A stretch of DNA of 64,000 bases from an uncultured Pseudomonadales bacterium (GTDB lineage: Bacteria > Patescibacteriota > Microgenomatia > UBA1400 > UBA1396), in NCBI GenBank assembly GCA_964511175.1, contig CAZEEI010000005.1:3416-67415 (forward strand). The letters are read 5' to 3'. The notes beneath the pieces are model-generated. The model made no database searches. It saw only the letters and a list, made by a program, of their open reading frames with translations, and had not been told where the DNA came from. This document shows positions 45,393 through 55,468 of this stretch, one piece after another. Positions within the stretch are counted from its first letter, which is position 1. Each line of letters begins with the position of its first letter. The position numbers were made by a program, and so were the translations under genes.

Positions 45393-46682
45393 GTGCTAGA
45401 CATCAATTTTATTCGAACAAAACCCGAAGAACTGCGCCAAGCGGCGCGGGATAAGCAGCTGGATCCCAGTGTCATTGACCGCGTCCTGGATTTGGACGGC
45501 CAGCGGCGGGAATTACTAAGCCAGGTGGAAGAACTACGCCATCGGGCAAATGACCTCCAAGACCAAATCAAAGGCCGCCAACCCAGCGAGGGTGAAATCG
45601 CCGCTGGCCGCCAACTAAAAGAACAACTGCGGGAAGTGGAACCGACACTACGTTTGGTTGAGGAAGAACTCGCTGCCGCCCTGTATGCCGTACCCAATCC
45701 GGCCAGCAGCGACACACCCGTGGGACCAAACGAAAGCGGCAATGTGGAAGTACGGCAAGTCGGCACCAAACCTGCCTTCGACTTTGCCCCCAAAACCCAT
45801 GACGAACTACTCACCGAACTAGGTTTATTGGACACCAAACGCGCCGTCAAAATCGCCGGCACCCGCTCGTATTTTCTGAAGGGAAAACTGCTTTTGCTGG
45901 AACAAGCCATTCTGCAGTACGCCCTGCACTTCATGGTCGAACAAGGCTTCACCCCGTTTGGCGTGCCAGTGATGGTTAAGCACGAAGCCTTCATGAACAC
46001 TGGCTATGGTCCGTGGGGAATGGACGATATTTTCAGCATCGGTAATCCGGAAAAAGAAGGCGACTGGCGCGGCCTAGTGGGCACCGCCGAAGTACCCCTT
46101 ACCGCTTATTACCAAGGTGAAGTCCTGCGCGAAGCCGATCTGCCCATGCGGATGGTAGGCATTAGTCCCTGTTTCCGCAAAGAGGTGGGCTCTTACGGCA
46201 AAGACACTAAGGGTATGTTCCGCGTCCACACCTTCACTAAGGTCGAACAAGTGGTTTATACCATCGCTGATGAAGAGGTAACGCGAGCTTGGCACGACAA
46301 GATGCTAGGCTACGCCGAACAGCTCCTCCAAAATCTCGGTTTGGCTTACCACGTTTTGCTCATGTGCACTGGCGACATGGGGGCCGGCCAACGACGCAAG
46401 TACGACATCGAAACTTGGTTCCCGGGACAAAACGCCTACCGCGAAACCCATTCGGACAGTTACTTTAACGATTTTCAGGCGCGGCGGCTGAATATCCGTT
46501 ACCAAGCGCAGGACGGCAGTCTCAAATACGTCTATACCATTAACAATACGGTTGCGGCCACGCCGCGCCTGCTGGCCGCGGTGGTAGAAAACTACCAACA
46601 AGCGGATGGTTCGATTGTGGTACCGGCAGTACTGCGCCCACTGACTGGCTTCGATCGGATTGAGGCGAAAAACCTGATGTAG
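45393..46682 (+). CDS. serS: serine--tRNA ligase
   Basis: MLDINFIR, LVGTAEV, CFRKEVG, FRVHTFTKVEQ, KYDIETW and INNTVAATPR motifs; GTG start after AAAGGAG. Confidence 0.98.
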   Translation: MLDINFIRTKPEELRQAARDKQLDPSVIDRVLDLDGQRRELLSQVEELRHRANDLQDQIKGRQPSEGEIAAGRQLKEQLREVEPTLRLVEEELAAALYAVPNPASSDTPVGPNESGNVEVRQVGTKPAFDFAPKTHDELLTELGLLDTKRAVKIAGTRSYFLKGKLLLLEQAILQYALHFMVEQGFTPFGVPVMVKHEAFMNTGYGPWGMDDIFSIGNPEKEGDWRGLVGTAEVPLTAYYQGEVLREADLPMRMVGISPCFRKEVGSYGKDTKGMFRVHTFTKVEQVVYTIADEEVTRAWHDKMLGYAEQLLQNLGLAYHVLLMCTGDMGAGQRRKYDIETWFPGQNAYRETHSDSYFNDFQARRLNIRYQAQDGSLKYVYTINNTVAATPRLLAAVVENYQQADGSIVVPAVLRPLTGFDRIEAKNLM

Positions 46683-46720
46683 TTGATGTCTTATGATATA
46701 CTTTGGCAAGCAAAAGATAA

Positions 46721-47125
46721 GTGGTTATGCCAAAACATCGTCATGTTTCGATTGAACCAGAAACCCTACGGGCTACTGTTGTTGATTTTTCTCTCCCACC
46801 TGACTCACAATGTGGTTTAAGTTTCAGAAATTGGTTATTGGGATTTGCTCAAGAACATGGATTACCGATAGCTCTATATCCAAATGACGTTGCAGTACAA
46901 CCGGTTCTGGATTGGATAAGACAGAATCATCCAGATGAGTCCAACTTTCTCGTTTGGATCGATAGTTTAAGGATATTTGTCCAACACGACCGAGAGTTGA
47001 TTAACCAGTGTTTAACTAGGGGGTGGCCGAATAGGAATTATTCTACTATAACTAACCAGCGCAATTATATTGCGTGGGTTAATTTACAACTAGAAGTTAT
47101 TGACAATTACAACGCTATACCGTAA
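46721..47125 (+). CDS. hypothetical protein
   Basis: AT-rich 134-aa orphan; TGATATACT upstream. Confidence 0.6.
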   Translation: MVMPKHRHVSIEPETLRATVVDFSLPPDSQCGLSFRNWLLGFAQEHGLPIALYPNDVAVQPVLDWIRQNHPDESNFLVWIDSLRIFVQHDRELINQCLTRGWPNRNYSTITNQRNYIAWVNLQLEVIDNYNAIP

Positions 47126-47151
47126 CTTTACCGAAAAGCAGAAAGGCACCC

Positions 47152-47544
47152 ATGGCGTCACCAGATCGATTAGGTTTATCACCAGATTCGCTGGATATTC
47201 TCCCTAATCTGCAGCGTAATCTAGGCAAAGCCATTCGGCTTTATGTTGAACGAATTGCCCAGGAAAACCAGTGTCTGGTAGGCAAAGACGAAATAGATGG
47301 CAGTTTAAATATCAAATCAATTGTGCGTTTTCTGCGACTGCTTAACTATCATGGCTACTATACCCGTTTCGTCGATTCAAAAGTGCTAATGGGGACTACG
47401 GTTGAGGCCCACTTTATTATTGAAGACCGCAATGGTTCAGCGGCAATTAGTACTGAAGTGACATTTATTTCCGAAGATTTAAATGACTATGTCGTTTATG
47501 GCCTTGGCAAAATACCTGATAAAAAACCTAAAAAACGGCGCTGA
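47152..47544 (+). CDS. hypothetical protein
   Basis: 130-aa orphan with GAAAGG RBS. Confidence 0.6.
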   Translation: MASPDRLGLSPDSLDILPNLQRNLGKAIRLYVERIAQENQCLVGKDEIDGSLNIKSIVRFLRLLNYHGYYTRFVDSKVLMGTTVEAHFIIEDRNGSAAISTEVTFISEDLNDYVVYGLGKIPDKKPKKRR

Positions 47545-47618
47545 AATCATTAAATATCCAAACCAGATAGGGAAATGCCCCTATCCGGGCGGTTCGCCGA
47601 GGGTTATAATCAACTTCC

Positions 47619-49310
47619 ATGAGCCTTCATGGGATATCCCAAGCGATTTTGCCGAAACGTGAGTTCCTACCGAATTATATTTTTGTGTCGGGTGGAGTGC
47701 TGTCATCACTGGGTAAAGGCACTACCACCGCCTCCATTGCCTTACTGCTGAAGTCGCGCGGCTACCAAGTCACGATCGTTAAGTGCGAAAATTACCTCAA
47801 TATTGATGCTGGTTTAATTAATCCGATCGAACACGGCGATGCTTTTCTCTGCGAAGATGGTACCGAAGCCGACATGGACTTGGGTACCTACGAACGCTTC
47901 ATCAACCAAGACTTAGGACGGCATAATTTTGTCACGATGGGCCAAATCTACCAGACGGTAATCGAACGCGAACGGGCTTTTGGTTATAAGGGCGAAGACG
48001 TAGAGGCCGTGCCACACGTTACTGACGAAATCATTGACCGTATTAACGAAGCCGCACGACGCGATAAAGCCGAAGTGGTAATTGTGGAGCTTGGCGGCAC
48101 GGCCGGCGAGTACCAAAACGCTCTTTACTACGAAGCCTCCCGCATCTTGGATTACCAGCATGGTAACCGGGTGGTCCACGTGCACGTCAGCTACTTACCT
48201 ACACCAGCGCATATCGGTGAACCCAAGACCAAACCCACCCAGCTGTCGGTACGCAACCTCAATAGTATGGGCGTCCAACCAGATTTCATTGTTACCCGCG
48301 CCACGCGTCCCATCGACGAGCGCCGACGGGAAAGATTGGGCTTGTTTTGTCACGTTCCCTGCGAAAACGTAATTGACAGTCCGGATGTCAGCAACATTTA
48401 TGAAATTCCTCTAATCTTAGCCCAGCAGGAGTTTGATATAAAACTACTGCACCAGTTACACCTGCCAACGCGCCGCCTTAACTTGCGCCGGTGGCAAAAA
48501 TACGTTACCCAAGCTAAAGCACCCAAAACTCAAACGGCAACGATTGGCATTATTGGCAAGTACTTTGCCACCGGCGATTACGAGCTACGTGATTCCTATG
48601 CTGCTTTGTTGGAGGCTATTAATCACGCTGCGGTAGCCGCCAACGCCCAAACTAAAGTAGTTTGGGTTAACGCCGAAGAATTAGCCAAAGTGGAAAAGGC
48701 CGAAACTTTGTTGGGCCAATTGGACGGCATTATTGTGCCGATCGGCTGGGGCGAACGCGGGGTGGAGGGTAAAATCCGTGGTATCGCTTACGCCCGGGAA
48801 AACAAGATCCCATATTTAGGTCTTTGCTACGGCATGCAACTGGCAGTGGTAGAGTACGCCCGCCACGTGTTGGGTTGGCCGGACGCCCACACCACGGAGG
48901 TTAACCCTGATACTACTCATCCGGTTATTCACATCATTCCTGAGCAAAAACGGGTTCTGGAAAACCGCGCCTACGGTGGCACCATGCGGCTGGGACGATG
49001 GGATTGTCACCTAACCAAAAATACTGAGGTACAGCGCATCTACCAAAAAGACTTAATTGCGGAGCGCCACCGCCACCGCTATGAGTTCAATGACCAATTT
49101 GCTAAACAACTAACTAAGGGTGGTTTAGTGATTGCCGGCCGTTCGGTGCAGGAAAATTTGGTGGAGTTTATTGAATTGCCCAGGAGCGTCCACCCGTTTT
49201 TTGTGGGGACGCAGGGACACCCGGAATATAAGTCCAGACCGCTACAACCGCACCCGTTGTTTGTGGCGTTTGTGCAGGCGGCACTGCAACAGAGTATTGC
49301 TAAGTTATAG
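47619..49310 (+). CDS. pyrG: CTP synthase
   Basis: GGVLSSLGKG, DMDLGTYERF, KTKPTQ, LGLCYGMQ, ERHRHRYE and QGHPE motifs. Confidence 0.98.
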   Translation: MSLHGISQAILPKREFLPNYIFVSGGVLSSLGKGTTTASIALLLKSRGYQVTIVKCENYLNIDAGLINPIEHGDAFLCEDGTEADMDLGTYERFINQDLGRHNFVTMGQIYQTVIERERAFGYKGEDVEAVPHVTDEIIDRINEAARRDKAEVVIVELGGTAGEYQNALYYEASRILDYQHGNRVVHVHVSYLPTPAHIGEPKTKPTQLSVRNLNSMGVQPDFIVTRATRPIDERRRERLGLFCHVPCENVIDSPDVSNIYEIPLILAQQEFDIKLLHQLHLPTRRLNLRRWQKYVTQAKAPKTQTATIGIIGKYFATGDYELRDSYAALLEAINHAAVAANAQTKVVWVNAEELAKVEKAETLLGQLDGIIVPIGWGERGVEGKIRGIAYARENKIPYLGLCYGMQLAVVEYARHVLGWPDAHTTEVNPDTTHPVIHIIPEQKRVLENRAYGGTMRLGRWDCHLTKNTEVQRIYQKDLIAERHRHRYEFNDQFAKQLTKGGLVIAGRSVQENLVEFIELPRSVHPFFVGTQGHPEYKSRPLQPHPLFVAFVQAALQQSIAKL

Positions 49311-49510
49311 CGGTAATTTTTTTAACCCTATTGGATGACTGAACGGGTTCGCAGATGAATTGAGGGTGTTTTGAGTCAAGATTCAAGACACTAGATAAAA
49401 CAATAGTGTTTGGGTATAATTCGTATCTAGCAAACTGTCGAGGAATGTTATATAAAATTATCTAATCTCGTAACACTTTCGTAATATTCTCGTAGTAAAG
49501 TAAGAAGAGT

Positions 49511-49675
49511 ATGAAAAAAAATAAATCCAAAACCACTATCCGAGATATTGAAAGAGAATACAAAATAGACTTTGGGGTCAGTGGTGATATGAATCTAAGT
49601 ACTTACCTAAAAAATCAAGGTCTTTTATCCCTCAGTCGTTTCCTTAAAAAAATAGAGTCTAGACCTAGTATTTAA
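49511..49675 (+). CDS. small basic hypothetical protein (54 aa; not in ORF track)
   Basis: MKKNKSKTTIRDIEREYKIDFGVSGDMNLSTYLKNQGLLSLSRFLKKIESRPSI; ends 4 nt before the next ATG. Confidence 0.6.
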   Translation: MKKNKSKTTIRDIEREYKIDFGVSGDMNLSTYLKNQGLLSLSRFLKKIESRPSI

Positions 49676-49679
49676 TTAA

Positions 49680-50210
49680 ATGCCTGATTCTCTTGTTCTT
49701 TGGCATAACATTAAGACCACATTTAGTGATGTTGCTGTTCAATACAAACACGCTCAATCCGTGGGTACTAGAGCTAGAACAGGTTATTATCGAGCTGCTT
49801 TTATACTTCTAGCTTCTATCGTAGAGGCTATGTTATATCGCCTAATAGAAAAAGCTATTGATCAAGATGAATCTGTTGTCCAAAGACAACAATTTGAAAG
49901 AATAAAAAAGATTCAAAAAGTTAATAGTTCCCATATTGGAACAAATAAAACCATTTATATTTGCGAAATATATAAAGAAAATTTTATTTTAACTCCAGAA
50001 AAATCCAAGTTTAGTGGTATGAATACTTTCTGTCTAACATCTGGATTAATTGACTTACAGCTATATAAAAAGATTGATAAAGTAGTAAAAAAGAGGAAAG
50101 AAATACACCTTCAAGGTCTTGTTACAAAAAGAAGACAATACAATGAATTAACTTTAGATATGGCAGGAGAATTAATGGATGAAATTTTGGCAAAGATAGA
50201 TTCTATTTAA
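49680..50210 (+). CDS. HEPN-like domain protein
   Basis: YRAAFILLASIVEAMLY helix and KRKEIH (RxxxH) motif; very AT-rich. Confidence 0.6.
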   Translation: MPDSLVLWHNIKTTFSDVAVQYKHAQSVGTRARTGYYRAAFILLASIVEAMLYRLIEKAIDQDESVVQRQQFERIKKIQKVNSSHIGTNKTIYICEIYKENFILTPEKSKFSGMNTFCLTSGLIDLQLYKKIDKVVKKRKEIHLQGLVTKRRQYNELTLDMAGELMDEILAKIDSI

Positions 50211-50315
50211 TTTTCATTCATTCATTTACTTGTTTATATTAAGGAGGTGCCCCCAAAGCCTCTCGACTATCAGCTAATTCCTGCTATAATAGACCCCTCA
50301 AGCAAAGGCTGATCT

Positions 50316-50657
50316 ATGGCAAATAACTTAACTTTTAACGAGCAACGCTTCAACGTGGGTGACACCGTGCGTGTCCACCAGCGGATTACCGAAGCCGGCA
50401 AGTCGCGTATCCAGATTTTGGAAGGCGTTATCATTGCCATCAATAATCGGGAAAGCGGCAAATCCTTTATTGTGCGCAAAATCGGCGCCAACGGCATCGG
50501 GGTCGAGCGTATTTTTCCCCTCAATTCACCAGCAATCGTTAAATTGGAAATGAAACAGGCCGGCCGGGTTCACCGCGCCAAGTTATTCTACCTGCGTAAC
50601 CGGATTGGTAAGGCGGCTTCAGCCATTAAAAAGCGCCTCATTACTACCGAAGCGTAA
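50316..50657 (+). CDS. rplS: 50S ribosomal protein L19
   Basis: [24 protein letters not shown] and RAKLFYLR motifs. Confidence 0.98.
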   Translation: MANNLTFNEQRFNVGDTVRVHQRITEAGKSRIQILEGVIIAINNRESGKSFIVRKIGANGIGVERIFPLNSPAIVKLEMKQAGRVHRAKLFYLRNRIGKAASAIKKRLITTEA

Positions 50658-50691
50658 CCTTTTTGACACTATTGTCTGGCATGTTAAATAC

Positions 50692-51060
50692 ATGCCAATT
50701 TCACTTCCCTCCACTCGTACCCGCGGCCAAATTGCCGAAGATTTAGTGGCGACGTATTTGCAACGCACTGGCCACATTATTCTCCAGCGCAACCTCTATA
50801 CCCGTTTTGGCGAAATTGATATTTTAGCCCGCAAGGGTGATGAATTTATTGCGGTCGAGGTCCGCTCCCGCACCCGCCAAACCAATATTCCGCCGGAACT
50901 TTCGGTCAGCCGGAACAAGTACCGCCATTTAGTAAAAACTTTACTCAGTTTGTCTTTTTTGCAAAATAAACCTACCCGAATCGACCTAGTTACCGTGGAG
51001 GCTGGCCGTATTCGGCATCATTTCCGGGCGATCAATCCGCTACAGGGAAGTTACTGGTGA
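50692..51060 (+). CDS. YraN family PD-(D/E)xK nuclease-like protein
   Basis: GQIAED, RNLYTRFGEIDILA, VEVRSR and RIDLV motifs. Confidence 0.88.
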   Translation: MPISLPSTRTRGQIAEDLVATYLQRTGHIILQRNLYTRFGEIDILARKGDEFIAVEVRSRTRQTNIPPELSVSRNKYRHLVKTLLSLSFLQNKPTRIDLVTVEAGRIRHHFRAINPLQGSYW

Positions 51061-51869
51061 GAGTTACTGCCAGATTGATCTTTTTTAATTTGGGCCATCA
51101 TGGACTCCGGCACTACCACGTATTGCAGCGGTTTTTCGGCTTCCGGTTCCGGCTCCGGAAATAGTTTGTGGTAAAGGTAAACAGTCTGGCGAATAATCAC
51201 CACCAAGAGGCTAAATAATAGTGTGGTGATAATAAACACCTTTTTACCGGCCGGCAAAAAGGCAAACACCATAAAGGACACAATCGGCAAAGTCAGTTGG
51301 ACGCGGAAAATCTCTTGGCGACTAGTGGGGTATGGTGAAGTCATTAGAGCCGCGGCCTCCAAAACAAAAATTACCAGCGATTGTAGTAGGTTAAGCCAAA
51401 CATTAGAGCGGCTGAGATCGAATCTTCCCAAGAACATCAAATTATAAGGTTGGGGCACAGTGGGAATCCAGGAATAAAGCAGGTGGAGGTCTTCGCCTTC
51501 TAAGCCTGTCGTAAAAATACGGTACAAAATCAAAGCAATTACCAGCTGAACCAAAAACATGAAACCTTCGGCCAGGATAATGCGCGGTTTAGAACGTAAA
51601 ACGACTTTAGTTTCTTGTTGTAGGAGCAGGGGATCACCCGCAAACTGCTGTTGAACTTGTTTGACTTTAACCTCGATTTCGCGTCGTTCTTTTTCCGAAC
51701 GGTGACCCAGAATAGTGAGGGGTAAAAGGATAATCCGAATCAGAATCGTCAAAAGGATCACGGCTACACCCATGTCGTAGCCGGTGCTGGTTCGACCTAG
51801 CGCCCAGTAAAACAACACCAAAATATTGAAAAAGGGCTGGTAAACAAACTGAACAAAAAGATCCATCAC
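51051..51869 (-). CDS. yidC: membrane protein insertase YidC/Oxa1 (short form)
   Basis: YQPFFNIL and GVAVILLTILIRIILLPL followed by a coiled hairpin, FLGRFDLS. Confidence 0.8.
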   Translation of the reverse strand: MMDLFVQFVYQPFFNILVLFYWALGRTSTGYDMGVAVILLTILIRIILLPLTILGHRSEKERREIEVKVKQVQQQFAGDPLLLQQETKVVLRSKPRIILAEGFMFLVQLVIALILYRIFTTGLEGEDLHLLYSWIPTVPQPYNLMFLGRFDLSRSNVWLNLLQSLVIFVLEAAALMTSPYPTSRQEIFRVQLTLPIVSFMVFAFLPAGKKVFIITTLLFSLLVVIIRQTVYLYHKLFPEPEPEAEKPLQYVVVPESMMAQIKKDQSGSNSHQ

Positions 51870-52408
51870 TGCTGTATTGTACCCTGCTGGCTTTTCTTTG
51901 TCGTCGAAATCGCCGGATTGTGTTGGTGCACTACTACCAGTTTTCCGCCGAACTCACGCAGAATGGCAGCTTTGGCAGTTTGATGCGGCGAATGACTGGA
52001 AACCGCCAAAATGTGCGGACGAAGCAGGCTAATTAAAGCCCGATGGTGAGCGGGTGTATCAAAGCGCTCCGGTAGAATGGCGGCGGCGTCCACTAGACCA
52101 GAAGCTAATACTGCCGCCAGACGCTGTGCCTGCGGATCGTACGGCCGATCTGGACCCTTGGTGCGTCGTACCCGATCATCTGATTCAATACCCACCACCA
52201 AGAAATTACCTACCTCCCGTGCTTTGGCCAAAAAACGCTGGTGCTCTTCGTGGAACAAATCGAATACACCTGACACAAACACGATCCGCCGCAAATCTTT
52301 TTTAGCTTGTTCTACTGCCCGCCAAACCTCCTGCCAGGCGGTAATTTCGGCTGGTGTCCAGTCGGTAGGAAAAGTATGTTTGGCGATTAGTTGGGCGCGG
52401 CGAACCAT
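51866..52408 (-). CDS. cytidylyltransferase-like (TagD/RfaE domain II) protein
   Basis: SGVFDLFHEEH, LVVGIESD, KGPDRP and ISTT motifs. Confidence 0.85.
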   Translation of the reverse strand: MVRRAQLIAKHTFPTDWTPAEITAWQEVWRAVEQAKKDLRRIVFVSGVFDLFHEEHQRFLAKAREVGNFLVVGIESDDRVRRTKGPDRPYDPQAQRLAAVLASGLVDAAAILPERFDTPAHHRALISLLRPHILAVSSHSPHQTAKAAILREFGGKLVVVHQHNPAISTTKKSQQGTIQQ

Positions 52409-53256
52409 GCGGGTATTCCTTGCGATGTGCATATTGTCTCATACCGCCGCTGCACCCAGGAACGAGTATCGCGAGGGTGAAAAAAAGCTAGCGCTGGTTG
52501 AACCACCTCCCGCGAACGGTGTTTCGCCATCAGTCGGCACTGCAGCCGCCAAAGAACACCATTGAGGATCCGCTCTAACCAAGCGGGGGCAAACACGGGC
52601 CAGAACGCTGGAGCAGAGCGGGCGCGGCGGGCGCGCTGCCAAGCTTGGTTAAAGCCATTGGCCGACCACCGCCGCGCCCAACGGTTATGTTCTAACAAGA
52701 GGGTGGCGCGCTCGCCCGGCCGGACGTAAACCGGAACGGCCTGCATCAGCTCGCGCGCTTCGTACAGCGTTTGCCGCTCCGGCGGCAGGGCGAGCGCGCT
52801 AGGTTCCAGCCAAATATTGCAGCACCAACGATCGCGATTAGAACGACGCGGCAGCCAACGCGAGCGGTACCTATTAAGTAATAAGCCGATCGCTACTAAG
52901 CAAAAACGGGTCAGCCACAGACGATGCGAGTCGGTGACGATCAAAAAATCCAGATCGTCATTCTCTTTCACCACGCCAGCGGCCAAGGCACCGGTCAACC
53001 AGACACCTTTAATCCAGGGAAGCCAGCCAAAAAAACTCACCGCTTGGGCCACGGCGCGCCATTTCGCCAACACTATTTGATTCGCTGAATTAGTACTGGG
53101 TAGTTTTCGAAAACACGGCACGGTCAATAAGACCAGGTAAGTTACTCGCTCGTCAGTTGCTAAATACTGCCACACTTCGCGACGACTAGGTCGATAACCA
53201 AAAACTTCGGCATAAGCCAAAGTGCGAGCCACGGCTTGGTGGAGATCGGTGGACAT
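52387..53256 (-). CDS. Pol-beta-type nucleotidyltransferase-domain protein
   Basis: GVWLTGALAAG and DDLDFLIV motifs, RLWLTR. Confidence 0.7.
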   Translation of the reverse strand: MSTDLHQAVARTLAYAEVFGYRPSRREVWQYLATDERVTYLVLLTVPCFRKLPSTNSANQIVLAKWRAVAQAVSFFGWLPWIKGVWLTGALAAGVVKENDDLDFLIVTDSHRLWLTRFCLVAIGLLLNRYRSRWLPRRSNRDRWCCNIWLEPSALALPPERQTLYEARELMQAVPVYVRPGERATLLLEHNRWARRWSANGFNQAWQRARRARSAPAFWPVFAPAWLERILNGVLWRLQCRLMAKHRSREVVQPALAFFHPRDTRSWVQRRYETICTSQGIPAWFAAPN

Positions 53257-53320
53257 GGCCCTCAGTCTCGGCGAGTTGGGACGGAAAGTCAAGCTGGCGT
53301 GTGCTAGAACTGCGCTCAAC

Positions 53321-53638
53321 TCACCGCGTAATACTGGCAAACACTTCCTGGCTGTGTTGGAGCATGCGATCGTAATACGCTGGGCTATACAGTGTTCTTA
53401 GCAAAAGTGCCGACCAATTTTCATCTCGAGGAACTGCTTCCCATTCGATTTGCGCGGCGACCAAACCCGGTGCTTGTAGGCCTTGTTCATCAATAAAAAG
53501 GGCGATTTCGGCATCTACCAGCGCATTGACATTATTCTTTTCGGGTACCGGCCAGCGACCATCATGCTGTCGAGGTGCCACCATCGCTTCCCAAGCCCCT
53601 TCACCATGGATTTCCACAAATTCATCTCTACGCATCAC
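53321..53638 (-). CDS. hypothetical protein
   Basis: 105-aa ORF with GAAAGGAG RBS. Confidence 0.55.
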   Translation of the reverse strand: MMRRDEFVEIHGEGAWEAMVAPRQHDGRWPVPEKNNVNALVDAEIALFIDEQGLQAPGLVAAQIEWEAVPRDENWSALLLRTLYSPAYYDRMLQHSQEVFASITR

Positions 53639-53654
53639 TCTCCTTTCCCTTTAA

Positions 53655-55430
53655 TTAACTAGCCGCAGCACTGGGTGGTTGGTGTTCCGCACTAATGTTG
53701 TAGCGGGACAGCACTTGTTGGACGCCAGGCAGAATCGTCTCTAAAGCCTGTTGCGCGTTACCGGTGCGCACCGTCTCATTTACTGCATCGGTGTAGTACT
53801 GGATTAGTTGGTCATCCAAACCTTCGTCATGGGTGTACGACGCCATAAACCAGGAGTCGGCATACAACGCATCTTCTAAATAAGGCGCAATGAGTTTATT
53901 ACTGCTCAGTTCCGCAGCCATATCAACCCGTGGATAAAGCTCGCCGAAACCGCGCACGGAAGCGGCCTGGGTTTGGAAGCGACGCAACTGCTCCGGCTGA
54001 CTAAGCCAGGCCAGAAAACGCCAGGCTTCCGCGGTATTCTTAGAGGCCTTACTAACCCCTTCCACCCAGTAGCTGGACCAGGCTAAACGCTGTCCACCCA
54101 ACTGCGGCAAAGCGGTAACCCCAAACTGTAAATTTGGATTCAAGCGCTGAATTTCAAAAATACGCCAGGAAGGAGCCAAAATCATGGCTACCTGTTCGTT
54201 GGCAAAAGCTACCGTGGAGTTGGGCATGGTTTCGTCCCAAACTTTATCCGAACGGCTGAAGATGGTATAGAACTCCAGGGCGTGCCGGGCATTTTCACTA
54301 ACCGGATTACCCGGTTGAGCCGAATTCTGGAGGAGCATTAGAGCCAGAATGTCGGAAAAAGAATCAACGTTGCTGGTTGTCCCCAAGGCAATACCACCGC
54401 GTTCCAGGCGATCGTTGTTGCGAACGGCTAATTGGGAAGCCAAGGTGCGCACTTGCTCCCAATCCTTAGGAGGTTGGGCGTTGGCCGTGGTCAGCATGGA
54501 TTGGTTGTAGAGCAGCGCCAGACCTTCGTACATTAGCGGCACACCCAGTACGTCAGTGCCACCGGCCAGTTCTTTAGCCATGATTGGATAATAATTTTGG
54601 CGCAGTTCGGCTAAACTAACGGTGTCGGTGGTGGCGGGCGCCAGATCGGTAGATAACATCGGCAGCCAAGTATTGTGGTAACGGAAAATATCTGGACCCG
54701 AACCATCACGGATGGCGGCTTGCAGCCGCTGGCGGTATTGTTCGCTTTTTTGTTGAACGTAAGTTATTTTGATATTGGCGTGGTCTTTTTGGTACGCCTC
54801 GATTAAAGCGTTCATCACCTCCGGCGGTTCCCATAGTCCCCAGTAAGTAAGGGTCACGTTACGACTGGCGGGAGTGGTAGTTTTAACCGCTACTTCCGGC
54901 TCGCTGGGTCGCAAAAACAGATAGCCGCCAATCATGATAAGTAGCATTAGCAATCCGCCCACCGCCGCCATAATTAAATTACGCCGCCGGGTAAAGAAGG
55001 AGGGCAGTTTAGCGGCAGCTGCCGCGACTGGTTGACCAGCCGGCGGTTTACCACTGGGAGGCAAACCAAAACCAGCTGTCTCCTGCGGAACACCACCTAC
55101 TGAAGTGGGAGACGGGATTTTTGGCGCCGCAACTGAGGCTGGCGGCATACCTGGTAAACCAGTGACTGGCGGCGGCGTAGGTTGAACCGCGGCAGCAGTC
55201 TGGAAGGGAGCCGGGTTAACCGATTGCAAATTCTGGAGGAAACGACTAGAAATTGGCGGCGGCTGTACAGGCTGTACACTAGCTACAGGAGTTACTGGTG
55301 CCGGCGTCACTGATAGGGGAGGCGCTACCGGCGGTGCTACCGGCCTCACCGGAGTTGGCACCATCCCAGGGGATACCGGGGTCAAAACCGGCCGGGAAGG
55401 CGGAATGAGCGGATTAGTGGTGTCAGCCAT
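53655..55430 (-). CDS. membrane-anchored extracellular solute-binding protein (family 1) with Pro-rich N-terminus
   Basis: Pro-rich region, TM, LTYWGLWE, GPDIFRYHNTW and AWRFLAWL motifs. Confidence 0.88.
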   Translation of the reverse strand: MADTTNPLIPPSRPVLTPVSPGMVPTPVRPVAPPVAPPLSVTPAPVTPVASVQPVQPPPISSRFLQNLQSVNPAPFQTAAAVQPTPPPVTGLPGMPPASVAAPKIPSPTSVGGVPQETAGFGLPPSGKPPAGQPVAAAAAKLPSFFTRRRNLIMAAVGGLLMLLIMIGGYLFLRPSEPEVAVKTTTPASRNVTLTYWGLWEPPEVMNALIEAYQKDHANIKITYVQQKSEQYRQRLQAAIRDGSGPDIFRYHNTWLPMLSTDLAPATTDTVSLAELRQNYYPIMAKELAGGTDVLGVPLMYEGLALLYNQSMLTTANAQPPKDWEQVRTLASQLAVRNNDRLERGGIALGTTSNVDSFSDILALMLLQNSAQPGNPVSENARHALEFYTIFSRSDKVWDETMPNSTVAFANEQVAMILAPSWRIFEIQRLNPNLQFGVTALPQLGGQRLAWSSYWVEGVSKASKNTAEAWRFLAWLSQPEQLRRFQTQAASVRGFGELYPRVDMAAELSSNKLIAPYLEDALYADSWFMASYTHDEGLDDQLIQYYTDAVNETVRTGNAQQALETILPGVQQVLSRYNISAEHQPPSAAAS

Positions 55431-55468
55431 TTACTCTCTCAGTATAATGAAAACACTACTTTGCAACA

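Noticed and set aside
47560-47618. pyrG reiterative-transcription attenuator
   Set aside because: The hairpin lies upstream of the -10 box and pyrG appears leaderless
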